64,000 bases of DNA, from positions 5,622 to 69,621 of the forward strand of contig CACKVD010000004.1 of NCBI GenBank assembly GCA_902603555.1, written 5' to 3'. Each line of letters starts with the position of its first letter. The first letter of the stretch is position 1. Positions 38,691 through 48,203 of this stretch are shown here, one piece after another. Source of the DNA: an uncultured Pelagibacteraceae bacterium (GTDB lineage: Bacteria; Pseudomonadota; Alphaproteobacteria; Pelagibacterales; Pelagibacteraceae). Position numbers and translations under genes: made by a program. The notes beneath the pieces are model-generated. The model made no database searches and was not told the origin of the DNA. It saw nothing but the letters and a program-made list of their open reading frames with translations.

Positions 38691-39551
38691 ATGAAAGCAC
38701 TTTGGCTAGTATCATTTAGGCCTATTGGAAGCTCAAAAGTAAATGATTTTTACCAAAGTTTGTTTGTAGATTCTATTAAAAGTATCGAATTTGATATCAC
38801 ATTTAGCTTAACACAATTCGATGAAAAAAATGTTAAAGAATTTGTAGATAACAAAAAAATTAAAAATTTTTATGTAAATATTCCGAAGTCCAGCCTTCCT
38901 CAAAATAAAAAATATTCTAATAAACTGATGTTACAAAATTCTTTAAACCAATTTTTAGAAAATGATTTTCAATATCTTATCTATTCAACTGCTGATATTA
39001 TAGTTCCTAATAATTTATTTAAAGTTTTATCAAAAATTAATGATGAGGAGTTTTGTGCACTAGTTTATCCTAATACACATATTAAAAACGGAATTATCGA
39101 AAATAGTTTTTGGCCACATTATGGTATTGACTTAATTGTTTTTAAACTCTCAAAAGATAGAGCTAATAAGTTCATAAACATTATAAAAGAATATAATCAA
39201 TATGATTGGGGAATAAATGAAAATTTTTATGTAGCAGCTAGTGAAGCTCTAAAAATTAAAAGGATCAATCTATTTAAATATTTAAATGTTTTAAAATTTG
39301 AAAATGATTTTGAAGCATTTTCTGAGAATCGATCTTGGCAAATTGAGTCTTGGAAAGAAAACCAAAGATATTTTTTAAATTTTTTAAAATACACAAAATT
39401 AAGTAAACTTTATGCTTTTGGATCTTACTATTATCTTCTTTACAAGATATTTAATTTTAAGGATTTAAATTTTAAGTTAATTTTATCTTATTTGATATTT
39501 TATCCTTACAATTTAACAAAAAAGATAATTAGATTAATAAAAAAAAGATGA
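38691..39551 (+). CDS. Hypothetical protein, possibly GT-A-like
   Basis: 286 aa ORF with STADII (DxD-like) and GIDL; no family recognised. Confidence 0.5.
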   Translation: MKALWLVSFRPIGSSKVNDFYQSLFVDSIKSIEFDITFSLTQFDEKNVKEFVDNKKIKNFYVNIPKSSLPQNKKYSNKLMLQNSLNQFLENDFQYLIYSTADIIVPNNLFKVLSKINDEEFCALVYPNTHIKNGIIENSFWPHYGIDLIVFKLSKDRANKFINIIKEYNQYDWGINENFYVAASEALKIKRINLFKYLNVLKFENDFEAFSENRSWQIESWKENQRYFLNFLKYTKLSKLYAFGSYYYLLYKIFNFKDLNFKLILSYLIFYPYNLTKKIIRLIKKR

Positions 39552-39568
39552 ATTTATTTAAAAATTAA

Positions 39569-40429
39569 ATGAAAAAAAAAATTTTAATACTTGGTTCAGA
39601 AGGACAAATTGGTGGTCATTTAGTTGATTATTTTAAAAATAAGAAAAAGTATGAAATTTTAAAATTTGATATTATCTCAGGAAATTCTTTTGACTTAAGA
39701 AATTTTAACAATCGGAAACTCGAAAAAAATATTAAAGAAAGTAACTTTGTTTTTTTTTTAGCTTTTGATGTTGGTGGTTCAAGATATCTTAAAAAATATC
39801 AGAAAACATTTGATTTTTTAATTAACAATCTATTAATTATGAGTAATGTTTTTAGACTATTAAAAAAACATAAAAAAAAATTTATATTTGCAAGCAGCCA
39901 GATGTCTAATATGGATTTTTCTTCCTATGGAACTCTAAAAAGATTAGGGGAAGATGTTACAAATTCTTTAAATTGCATATATGTAAAATTCTGGAATGTT
40001 TACGGAATTGAGAAGGAAATAGAAAAATCTCATGTAATCACAGATTTTGTTAGAATGGCAATTAAGAAAAATGAAATTAAAATGCTAACTAGTGGCAAAG
40101 AAAGTAGAGAGTTTTTATATGCAGATGATTGTTCAGAGGGTTTATTTAAGATAATGAACAATTTCAATTTTTTTGTTAAACAAAAAAAAGAATTACATTT
40201 AACTACATCAAAAAAAATCAAAATTATAAAAATTGCTAAAATAATTCAAAAAATTTTATTAAGGCAAAATTTAAAAATTAAGATAAAGCCCTCAAATAGA
40301 AAAGATGAGCTACAAAACAATGTTAACAATTTATCTAATAATTTTTTCTTAAAATACTGGAAACCTAAAACTAAAATCGAAGAGGGTATAAAAAAAATAA
40401 TTGAATATTATCAAAAAAAAAAATTTTAA
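39569..40429 (+). CDS. NAD-dependent nucleotide-sugar epimerase/dehydratase
   Basis: ILGSEGQIG, FASS, YGTLK, FWNVYG, REFLYADD. Confidence 0.85.
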   Translation: MKKKILILGSEGQIGGHLVDYFKNKKKYEILKFDIISGNSFDLRNFNNRKLEKNIKESNFVFFLAFDVGGSRYLKKYQKTFDFLINNLLIMSNVFRLLKKHKKKFIFASSQMSNMDFSSYGTLKRLGEDVTNSLNCIYVKFWNVYGIEKEIEKSHVITDFVRMAIKKNEIKMLTSGKESREFLYADDCSEGLFKIMNNFNFFVKQKKELHLTTSKKIKIIKIAKIIQKILLRQNLKIKIKPSNRKDELQNNVNNLSNNFFLKYWKPKTKIEEGIKKIIEYYQKKKF

Positions 40430-41508
40430 TTTAAATATTTTTTTACAAAACTTTCAGTAATATTTTTCATTGAATAAAGATTTTTATAATAAATCTTATC
40501 TTTTAAAGACTTAACTTTTATAGATTTATTATTTTTGATAATATTAGAAATTATCTTTGGAAAATTTTTTCTGTTTTTTTCAACAAAAGGTGGCTTAGTA
40601 TTTTTTAGCATTATACCCTCTATACCTTTTTTTGTAGATAAAACTACAGTACCTATCGAGAGAGATTCAATAATCTTAATTCTTGTTCCTGATCCAAAAT
40701 TTAATGGAACACACATTAATTTTGAGTGATATATAAGATTATATAGATAATTCTTTGAAACTATTCCCTTATTAATTATCCAGGGATAATCTTTAGTTAA
40801 TCCTCCTCCAGTTAACAATAATTTTATATCAGGATTTTCTTTTAATAGCTTAGGCATAATATTGTCATTTAAATAATCTATTGCATCCTTATTTGGTTTA
40901 TAAAGATATGATCCACAATAAATTATGTAATCATATTTAATTTTATTTTTAATTGGTTTAAAATTAATTGAGATGGCATTTGGGAATATAATTGGATTCA
41001 AATTGTAAAATTTTTTAATTTTATTTTTATCTTGTTTTGAAACTACAGTAGATAAATTTGAATAATTAAATACTATTTTCTCCAATACTCTCGTCAATAA
41101 ATAAATTAGTTTATTTGAGAATTTTTTCCTAATTTCTGACTCTACATTATGAGAAATATATATAATCTTAGTTTTTGGAAGCAATATCTTAAATGCAAAC
41201 AAAACTACAAAAGTATAAAATATCCAGCTGGAACCTTCGATAATTATGATTCTATTTTTTGAATTTTTTAGATAATTATAAATTTTAAAAATAATTTCAG
41301 GTAGTTTAATTATTTTATTTAAAGGGGTCTCTTTTCTTAAAAAAATAGAACAAATTTTTTTTGTATTTTTTCTTTTGATCTGCGATAGTTGAAATAATCT
41401 TTTTTTAAAAGGCCAATGCCTAAAACGGTTATTCGTCATAGATGTTGCACCACTAGTGTTTGGTATAATCGAAAAAAAACTTACAAAAGCTGTTTTATAT
41501 GTGCGCAT
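40426..41508 (-). CDS. GT4-like glycosyltransferase
   Basis: SHNVES, VS..D, FPNA, GSY.Y.PN, PL.FGSGTRIKIIE, ST.KGIEG. Confidence 0.8.
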   Translation of the reverse strand: MRTYKTAFVSFFSIIPNTSGATSMTNNRFRHWPFKKRLFQLSQIKRKNTKKICSIFLRKETPLNKIIKLPEIIFKIYNYLKNSKNRIIIIEGSSWIFYTFVVLFAFKILLPKTKIIYISHNVESEIRKKFSNKLIYLLTRVLEKIVFNYSNLSTVVSKQDKNKIKKFYNLNPIIFPNAISINFKPIKNKIKYDYIIYCGSYLYKPNKDAIDYLNDNIMPKLLKENPDIKLLLTGGGLTKDYPWIINKGIVSKNYLYNLIYHSKLMCVPLNFGSGTRIKIIESLSIGTVVLSTKKGIEGIMLKNTKPPFVEKNRKNFPKIISNIIKNNKSIKVKSLKDKIYYKNLYSMKNITESFVKKYLN

Positions 41509-41617
41509 ATATATTTAAATTTATTAATTATTGATTTAATTTTAAATAAGTATTTTTTATATACTTATAAAAAATATAATAGGGCATTTTTCCTTAAAAA
41601 ATGTATCAAATTATAAT

Positions 41618-41645
41618 TTGCGTTTTTTTTTAAAATCAATATAAA
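41618..41645 (+). promoter_or_regulatory. Putative sigma70 promoter of the stand-alone 5S rRNA
   Basis: TTGCGT (41618-23), 16-nt spacer, TATAAA (41640-45); predicted +1 falls near the 5S 5' end. Confidence 0.5.
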
Positions 41646-41651
41646 TCTGGT

Positions 41652-41767
41652 GCCTGGTAATTATTGCGAAAGGGTCATACCCGATCCCATTCCGAACTCG
41701 GAAGTCAAGCCTTTCTGCGCCGATGGTACTTTATCTTAAGATACGGGAGAGTAGGGCTTTGCCAGGC
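41652..41767 (+). rRNA. rrf: 5S rRNA (unlinked from 16S-23S)
   Basis: GCCTGG...CCAGGC terminal helix; CCCGATCCCATTCCGAACTCGGAAGTCAAG, GCCGATGGTACT and GGGAGAGTAGG conserved blocks; 116 nt. Confidence 0.97.
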
Positions 41768-41778
41768 TAAAATCTAAA

Positions 41779-42657
41779 ATGAAAAATCTAATAATTGTAA
41801 CTGGTGGTTCGGGATTTGTTGGGTCGAACTTAATAAAACTTTTCTTAAAAAAAACAAATAAAAGAATAATAAGTTTAGATAATTATTCATCTGGAAGTAA
41901 AAAAAATCATATTAAAAGTTCTAGAGTAAAATATATTTCTGCTAATACTTTCGAAATTAAAAAAAAACTAATCAAATATAAGGATAGGATTCATTCCTTA
42001 TTTCATTTTGGGGAATTTGCTAGAATTTATCAAAGCTTTAAAAAGTTTGAAGAATGTCTTGAGGCTAATTCAATAGGTACTAATGCAGTTTTTAAATTTT
42101 GTTTAGAAAATAAAATTAAATTAATTTATTCTGCAACATCTGCAACTTTAGGTAACAACGGTAAGGATAAAAATTTATCTCCTTATGCTTTTACAAAATC
42201 AAAAAACTTAGAACTTTTAGAGAATTTGAAAAGATGGTTCAATTTTAAGTATGAGGTAATTTATTTTTACAATGTGTATGGACCGGGACAAATTAAAAGA
42301 GGCTCAATGGCCACTGTTATAGGAATTTTTGAGGATAAATTCGAAAAAAAAAAACCCCTTACAGTTGTTAAGCCGGGAAATCAATCTAGAAGATTTACTC
42401 ATATTCATGATACGGTAAAAGTGTGTTATGAAGCTTGGAAAAATAATAAGTGTGCACATTATTCCATAACACATAAAAAATCTTATTCAATTTTAGAGGT
42501 GGCGAAAATGTTTAAAAATAAGATAATCTATTTAAAAAAAAGGCCTGGGGAGAGATATGCTTCGGCCTTAACAAAAATTTCATTAAATAATAAGGTATTT
42601 CGGAGATATGGAAAAATAAATTTGAAAGATTACATTTCTTCGTTTATTAAGGGTTAA
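41779..42657 (+). CDS. NAD-dependent epimerase/dehydratase
   Basis: [40 protein letters not shown]. Confidence 0.88.
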   Translation: MKNLIIVTGGSGFVGSNLIKLFLKKTNKRIISLDNYSSGSKKNHIKSSRVKYISANTFEIKKKLIKYKDRIHSLFHFGEFARIYQSFKKFEECLEANSIGTNAVFKFCLENKIKLIYSATSATLGNNGKDKNLSPYAFTKSKNLELLENLKRWFNFKYEVIYFYNVYGPGQIKRGSMATVIGIFEDKFEKKKPLTVVKPGNQSRRFTHIHDTVKVCYEAWKNNKCAHYSITHKKSYSILEVAKMFKNKIIYLKKRPGERYASALTKISLNNKVFRRYGKINLKDYISSFIKG

Positions 42658-42661
42658 ATTT

Positions 42662-42787
42662 ATGAAAATCAAAAGCTCACTTAAGTCTATAAAAAAAAGA
42701 GACCTTAATTCTAAATTAGTAAGAAGAAGAGGTAGAGTTTATATTATTAATAAAACTAATCCAAAATTCAAAGCTAGACAGAAATAG
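42662..42787 (+). CDS. rpmJ: 50S ribosomal protein L36, zinc-free type (not in ORF track)
   Basis: Manual translation [41 protein letters not shown]. Confidence 0.95.
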   Translation: MKIKSSLKSIKKRDLNSKLVRRRGRVYIINKTNPKFKARQK

Positions 42788-42792
42788 TTTTT

Positions 42793-42903
42793 ATGGATAA
42801 TGGAGACCATAAAAAAACTTGGAATAATTTTACAAAATTTGTCCTGTGGGGAACTGTCGCTGTTGTAATAGTTTTGGTTCTTATGGCAATATTCTTATTA
42901 TAA
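42793..42903 (+). CDS. aa3-type cytochrome c oxidase subunit IV-like small membrane protein (not in ORF track)
   Basis: Manual translation MDNGDHKKTWNNFTKFVLWGTVAVVIVLVLMAIFLL*; MD...H..T...F plus one TM helix; usual alphaproteobacterial position upstream of pntA. Confidence 0.8.
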   Translation: MDNGDHKKTWNNFTKFVLWGTVAVVIVLVLMAIFLL

Positions 42904-42912
42904 GGTTCTTCC

Positions 42913-44001
42913 ATGAGATTAGTATCTATTTTAGAAAATCATAATATTGAAAAAAGAATTTCAGTTACACCTGAAACTGCAAAAAAATTTATTTCTCTAG
43001 GAATTGAGGTTTCACTTCAAGAAGGTTATGGAAATCATTTAGGTTTTGATGATAAGAATTTTAGAGATCTTGGAGTAGAAATTATTAAAGATGAAAAAGA
43101 TATTTTTAATAAAGCAGATATAATAGCTCAGCTAGGATTATTACCTAATGAAAAGTTGTCTTACTTAAAAAATAATCAATCACTTATTGGGGTATTAAAC
43201 CCTTTTTTAAATAGAGAAAAAATAGATGAGTTAATAAAAAAAAAAATAAATAGTTTTTCACTTGAATTATTACCCAGAATTACAAGAGCTCAATCGATGG
43301 ATGTTTTATCTTCCCAAGCTAACTTAGCAGGATACAAAGCAGTTATTGAGTCATTTTCTCATTTTGAAAAAGCAATACCTATGATGATGACAGCAGCTGG
43401 AACCGTTCCAGCAGCAAAAGTTTTAGTTGTTGGTGCAGGAGTTGCAGGTCTTCAAGCAATTGCAACGGCTAAAAGAATGGGAGCTATTGTTTTTGCTACT
43501 GATGTTAGAATGGCATCTAAAGAGCAAGTAGAAAGTTTGGGTGGAAAGTTTTTAAGTGTTGATGGTTCTGAAAATCTTGAAACTGAAGGTGGTTATGCAA
43601 AAGAAACATCAGACGAATTCAAGAAAAAACAAGAAGAACTTTTAGCTGAAACTTTAAAAAAAATTGATATAGTCATTTGCACCGCTTTAATACCTGGCAA
43701 AAAAGCCCCAGTAATCATTAAAGAAAATATGATAAAGAATATGCAACCAGGATCAATAATTTATGATTTAGCTGCTATACAAGGTGGTAACACTGCTTTC
43801 ACAGAAGTAGATAAAATTATAGATAAAGAAGGTGTAAAAATTATGGGTGAAACAAATATTTTGAATAAATTGCCAATTTCAGCATCAAACCTTTATGCAA
43901 AGAATGTATTTAATTTCGTTTCAAATCTTTTTGATAAAGAAAAAAATAAAATTAATATTAATCTCGAAGATGAAATTATAGAAAAAACATTATTAAAATA
44001 A
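42913..44001 (+). CDS. pntA: NAD(P) transhydrogenase alpha subunit, part 1
   Basis: PRITRAQSMDVLSSQANLAGY, GAGVAGLQA, GGYAKE, TALIPGKKAP. Confidence 0.95.
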   Translation: MRLVSILENHNIEKRISVTPETAKKFISLGIEVSLQEGYGNHLGFDDKNFRDLGVEIIKDEKDIFNKADIIAQLGLLPNEKLSYLKNNQSLIGVLNPFLNREKIDELIKKKINSFSLELLPRITRAQSMDVLSSQANLAGYKAVIESFSHFEKAIPMMMTAAGTVPAAKVLVVGAGVAGLQAIATAKRMGAIVFATDVRMASKEQVESLGGKFLSVDGSENLETEGGYAKETSDEFKKKQEELLAETLKKIDIVICTALIPGKKAPVIIKENMIKNMQPGSIIYDLAAIQGGNTAFTEVDKIIDKEGVKIMGETNILNKLPISASNLYAKNVFNFVSNLFDKEKNKININLEDEIIEKTLLK

Positions 44002-44003
44002 TT

Positions 44004-44312
44004 ATGGAAATAGATCCTTTTATATTTAGATTAAGTATATTTATCCTATCAATATTTATTGGATATTATGTTGTTTGGAGTGTAACACCGTCTTTACACA
44101 CACCTTTAATGTCAGTAACAAATGCAATTTCTTCGGTTATTATTGTGGGTGCTATTATAGCTGCTTTAGCTAGCAATGAAGGGAATATATTTTCATCATC
44201 AAGTTTATTTGGTTATTTTGCAATTGCATTAGCAGCAATTAATATTTTTGGTGGATTTTTAGTTACACAAAGGATGTTGGCTATGTATAAAAAAAAGAAA
44301 AAGGATAAATAA
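44004..44312 (+). CDS. pntA: NAD(P) transhydrogenase alpha subunit, part 2 (membrane)
   Basis: VTPSLHTPLMSVTNAISS, INIFGGFLVTQRML. Confidence 0.95.
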   Translation: MEIDPFIFRLSIFILSIFIGYYVVWSVTPSLHTPLMSVTNAISSVIIVGAIIAALASNEGNIFSSSSLFGYFAIALAAINIFGGFLVTQRMLAMYKKKKKDK

Positions 44313-44314
44313 TT

Positions 44315-45709
44315 ATGTCAGCAAATTTATCTGCAGTTTTTTATTTGATTTCTGGAGTGTTATTTATTTTAGCATTAAGAGGTTTGTCTTCGCCCGAGAC
44401 TTCTAGGCAAGGTAATCTTTTTGGAATAATTGGAATGATTATTGCTATTACAGTTACATTCCTTTCAGTTGGAAATTTTTCAAATGGATTTTTATATGTT
44501 TTTATTTTTCTGATTATCGGTGGTGCAATAGGCTCATTTATAGCTTTTAAAATTCCAATGACTGCTATGCCAGAATTAGTAGCTGGCTTTCATAGTTTAG
44601 TTGGTTTGGCTGCGGTGTTTGTAGCTATTTCGGCATTTATAAATCCAGAAGCATTTAATTTAGGTTCACCAGGAAAGATTAAACTTGCTAGTTTGATTGA
44701 AATGTCAATTGGAGGAGCAGTTGGAGCCATCACTTTTTCTGGGTCTATAATAGCTTTTTTAAAATTACAGGGGGTTATGTCAGGTGCGCCAATTACTTTC
44801 AAAGGACAGCATTTATTAAATGCCTTAATTTTAATTTCTATTTTTGTTTTAACTTATTTGTTATGTGCATCTCAGTCATCTAATTTATTTTGGATTTTAA
44901 TTGGTATTTCTTTTTTAATTGGGTTCTTGATCATTATTCCAATTGGTGGAGCAGATATGCCGGTAGTAATATCCATGTTAAATTCATACTCTGGTTGGGC
45001 AGCTGCTGGAATAGGTTTCACTTTAGAAAATACTGCTCTGATTATTACAGGTGCTTTAGTTGGATCATCTGGAGCAATTCTTTCTTATATAATGTGTAAA
45101 GGAATGAACAGATCATTTTTCAATGTCATTTTAGGAGGATTTGGTGCAACCGAACAATCCACTTCTAATCAAAATAAAGAACAAAGACCTGTTAAAAGCG
45201 GCAATGCAGATGATGCAGCCTTTTTAATGAAAAATGCATCGTCAGTAATAATTGTACCTGGTTATGGAATGGCTGTTGCTCAAGCTCAACATGCTTTAAG
45301 AGAAATGGTTGATACTTTAAAAAAAAATGACATAAAAGTTTCATATGCAATACACCCAGTTGCCGGAAGAATGCCAGGTCATATGAACGTACTATTGGCT
45401 GAAGCAAATGTTCCTTATGATGAAGTTTTTGAATTAGAGGAAATAAATAATGATTTTGCAAATGCTGACGTAGCTTTTGTAATTGGAGCTAATGATGTAA
45501 CAAATCCAGTTGCAAAAACTGACCCTCAAAGTCCAATTTATGGTATGCCCGTATTGGATGTAGAAAAATGTAAATCAGTTTTATTTGTTAAAAGAAGTCT
45601 TTCACCTGGATATGCAGGAATTGATAATGATCTTTTTTATAAAGAAAATACCTTGATGTTATTTGCTGATGCTAAGAAAATGACTGAAGATATTACAAAA
45701 AATCTCTAA
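44315..45709 (+). CDS. pntB: NAD(P) transhydrogenase beta subunit
   Basis: MTAMPELVA.FHS, GGADMPVVIS, PGYGMAVAQAQ, HPVAGRMPGHMNVLLAEA, GANDVTNP. Confidence 0.97.
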   Translation: MSANLSAVFYLISGVLFILALRGLSSPETSRQGNLFGIIGMIIAITVTFLSVGNFSNGFLYVFIFLIIGGAIGSFIAFKIPMTAMPELVAGFHSLVGLAAVFVAISAFINPEAFNLGSPGKIKLASLIEMSIGGAVGAITFSGSIIAFLKLQGVMSGAPITFKGQHLLNALILISIFVLTYLLCASQSSNLFWILIGISFLIGFLIIIPIGGADMPVVISMLNSYSGWAAAGIGFTLENTALIITGALVGSSGAILSYIMCKGMNRSFFNVILGGFGATEQSTSNQNKEQRPVKSGNADDAAFLMKNASSVIIVPGYGMAVAQAQHALREMVDTLKKNDIKVSYAIHPVAGRMPGHMNVLLAEANVPYDEVFELEEINNDFANADVAFVIGANDVTNPVAKTDPQSPIYGMPVLDVEKCKSVLFVKRSLSPGYAGIDNDLFYKENTLMLFADAKKMTEDITKNL

Positions 45710-45718
45710 TTAAACAAT

Positions 45719-45795
<77 letters not shown>

Positions 45796-45801
45796 ATATA
45801 A

Positions 45802-45996
45802 TTAAATTCGGTTCTTAAGCTTATTTAATTTTTTTACTCTTTTAATATTTTCTTGGAGTATTCTTTTTTTCTTTTCGGAAGGTTTTTCATAAGTGTTTTT
45901 TAATTTGATAACTTTAAAAAAACCGTCCCGCTGAAGCTTTCTTTTTAAAACCCTCAGTGCTTGTTCAACATTATTATCTTTTACTTCTATCTTAAT
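45802..45996 (-). CDS. rpsU: 30S ribosomal protein S21; start uncertain (TTG 46008, GTG 46002 or ATT 45996)
   Basis: V.DNNVEQALRVLKRKLQRDG...YEKPSEK; no in-frame ATG. Confidence 0.9.
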   Translation of the reverse strand: MKIEVKDNNVEQALRVLKRKLQRDGFFKVIKLKNTYEKPSEKKKRILQENIKRVKKLNKLKNRI

Positions 45997-45999
45997 AAC

Positions 46000-46006
46000 C
46001 ACCTCC
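46000..46006 (-). promoter_or_regulatory. Strong Shine-Dalgarno GGAGGTG upstream of rpsU ATT codon
   Basis: Minus strand reads TTGGAGGTGGTT-ATT-AAG-ATA-GAA-GTA. Confidence 0.55.
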
Positions 46007-46064
46007 AAAAAAAAACATAGTTAGCATCTTTATAATTTTATGTCTATTTATTTTATTCATTAAT

Positions 46065-46631
46065 TTAAGTTTGTTTCAGTTTTTCCTTGAGTTTTTTTTC
46101 TCTTTTTACTCTTCTTTCAGCTTTTTCAATAGCTTCTATTAAATCTTTTTGGGTAAATAAATTGAGCGCCACAGGATCTTTTGCCGATAAATTATTATAA
46201 TTCCAATAACTTTTATTTCTTATAGAAGTAACAGAGTTTTTTGTAATTCCTACTAACCTTGCAATCTGTGAATCTTTCAAAATATTATGTTGCTTAATAA
46301 GCCAGAGAGCTGAGTCAGGTTTGTCTTGTCGTTTTGATAATGGAACATATTTTTTTATTTTTTTTTCTTCATTAGAAATTTCAATATCAGAACTTTTTAT
46401 TTCTAATGGTCTATTTTCATCTTTCGATGACAAATCAATTTCTTCTCTGGAAAGTTGACCTGATATAATTGGATTATAGGCTTTAATACCTTTTGCTACT
46501 TCGCCATCTGCAATACCTTGAATTTCAACCTCATGAAGTTTGCAAAAGTCTGCAATTTGTTTAAATGTAAGAGTTGTATTTTCAACAAGCCATACAGCAG
46601 TTGCCATTGGCATTAAAGGTGCATTTGACAT
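46065..46631 (-). CDS. trcR: DUF1013 protein (TrcR-like)
   Basis: PLMPMATAVWLVENTTLTFKQIADFCKLH..E..GIADGEV, SKRQDKPD. Confidence 0.85.
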   Translation of the reverse strand: MSNAPLMPMATAVWLVENTTLTFKQIADFCKLHEVEIQGIADGEVAKGIKAYNPIISGQLSREEIDLSSKDENRPLEIKSSDIEISNEEKKIKKYVPLSKRQDKPDSALWLIKQHNILKDSQIARLVGITKNSVTSIRNKSYWNYNNLSAKDPVALNLFTQKDLIEAIEKAERRVKREKKLKEKLKQT

Positions 46632-46862
46632 TTAACTTTTTTTTTCTGATTTGAAATTTTGAAATTTTTTATTAAATTTACTTATTCTTCCTTTATCCAT
46701 CAATTTTTGTTTACCACCTGTCCAGGCAGAATGAGATTTAGGATCAATTTCAAGTTTTAGTAAATCTCCCTCAGCGCCCCAAGTTGATTTTGTCTCAAAT
46801 TGTGTACCATCAGTCATTTCAACTTTTATGGTATGGTAATTAGGATGTATTTTTTTTTTCAT
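46632..46862 (-). CDS. rpmE: 50S ribosomal protein L31 (no Zn ligands)
   Basis: [21 protein letters not shown]...LEIDP.SH.AWTGG. Confidence 0.95.
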   Translation of the reverse strand: MKKKIHPNYHTIKVEMTDGTQFETKSTWGAEGDLLKLEIDPKSHSAWTGGKQKLMDKGRISKFNKKFQNFKSEKKS

Positions 46863-46897
46863 TTCGAGACTTATAGCAAAAGATTTTTTTAAAACAA

Positions 46898-47638
46898 TTA
46901 AAAGTTATATAATTTTTCTTGAAATTTTGTGTTTATATTTGGATTAGAAGCAATAATATTTATATTTTCTAGATTATTAAGGTCAATATCATTGATAATT
47001 CCACCAGCCTCTTTTACTAAGATTACACCTGCTGCTATGTCCCATAAATTTAAATCTTTTTGAAAATATCCGTCATATCTCCCCGATGCAACATATGCCA
47101 AATCTAAGGCTGCACAACCAGTTTTCCTATTAGGAAAACTTGGTTCACCTTTTAATTTACCACCAATCGCAAATAGACAATCCTGAATATTATTTTTATT
47201 AGACACTCTTATTCTTTGATTATTGAAAAAAGCACCACTATTTTTTTCAGCAAAAAAAATTTCATTTTTTATTGGATCATAAATTAATCCAGATATGATC
47301 TCGTTATTTGATCTTAGTGCAATTGATATTGCAAAATGAGGGACACCATGTAAAAAATTTACAGTGCCATCTATTGGATCAATAATCCAAGTATTGTTGT
47401 TATCTTTATTGTTTTTAGTTCCTTTTTCCTCAGATATGAAAGAATAAGTTGGTCTTGCTTTTTCTAATTCTTCCATGATTATTGTTTCTACTTTTAAATC
47501 TGAATTGGTTACAAAATCTGCAGGTCCTTTTTTAGATACTTGTAATTTTTCAATCTCTCCAAAATCTCTAATTAATATTTTTGAAGCTTTTTCACTTGCT
47601 TTGATCATTACATTTAAATTTGCAGAAATTGAGTTCAT
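46898..47638 (-). CDS. suhB: Inositol monophosphatase family protein
   Basis: [51 protein letters not shown]. Confidence 0.93.
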   Translation of the reverse strand: MNSISANLNVMIKASEKASKILIRDFGEIEKLQVSKKGPADFVTNSDLKVETIIMEELEKARPTYSFISEEKGTKNNKDNNNTWIIDPIDGTVNFLHGVPHFAISIALRSNNEIISGLIYDPIKNEIFFAEKNSGAFFNNQRIRVSNKNNIQDCLFAIGGKLKGEPSFPNRKTGCAALDLAYVASGRYDGYFQKDLNLWDIAAGVILVKEAGGIINDIDLNNLENINIIASNPNINTKFQEKLYNF

Positions 47639-47642
47639 GACA

Positions 47643-48203
47643 TTAAATTTTTTTTATATACTCAAGATTTCTAGTATCAATAATTACCTCATCTCCAGAC
47701 TCTATAAAAGGAGGTACCTGAATATTTAAACCATTATTTAATACTGCTGGTTTATATGAGGAAGAAACTGTTTGACCTTTAAGCGAAGCATCAGTTGTTT
47801 CTATTTTGCATGTTACTTGATTTGGTAAATCAACTGAAATTGGACTGTCATTATAAAAACTCACTGATACCTCTAAGTTTTCAGTGAGTAATTTTCCTTT
47901 TTCACCAATTATATCTTTTTTAATTTCTATTTGTTCAAAAGTTTTAGGTTGCATAAAAAAGTAACAGTTTTCATCTTCATATAAAAAATTATAGTTTATT
48001 TCCTCCAAAGAGGCTTTTTCAACATTTTCATTTGATCTGAATCTTTCATTTAATTTAGTATTTTTATTAACACTTTTCATTTCAATTTGTGCAAATGCAC
48101 CACCTTTGCCTGGTTTTACATGTTGAGTTTTAAGTACTTGCCATAAATCATTTTTATACTCTAACAGCATTCCAACTCTAATTTCGCCAGCGTTAATTTT
48201 CAT
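47643..48203 (-). CDS. efp: Elongation factor P
   Basis: HVKPGKGGAF, KGQT..SSYKPA, VPPFI. Confidence 0.97.
   Translation of the reverse strand: MKINAGEIRVGMLLEYKNDLWQVLKTQHVKPGKGGAFAQIEMKSVNKNTKLNERFRSNENVEKASLEEINYNFLYEDENCYFFMQPKTFEQIEIKKDIIGEKGKLLTENLEVSVSFYNDSPISVDLPNQVTCKIETTDASLKGQTVSSSYKPAVLNNGLNIQVPPFIESGDEVIIDTRNLEYIKKI

Larger units (their letters stand above)
1..41600. other. Hypervariable surface-glycan biosynthesis island (SAR11 HVR2-like), right border at the 5S rRNA
   Basis: About 39 consecutive glycan synthesis/modification genes, visibly more AT- and Lys-rich than the downstream core, ending next to rrf. Confidence 0.85.
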
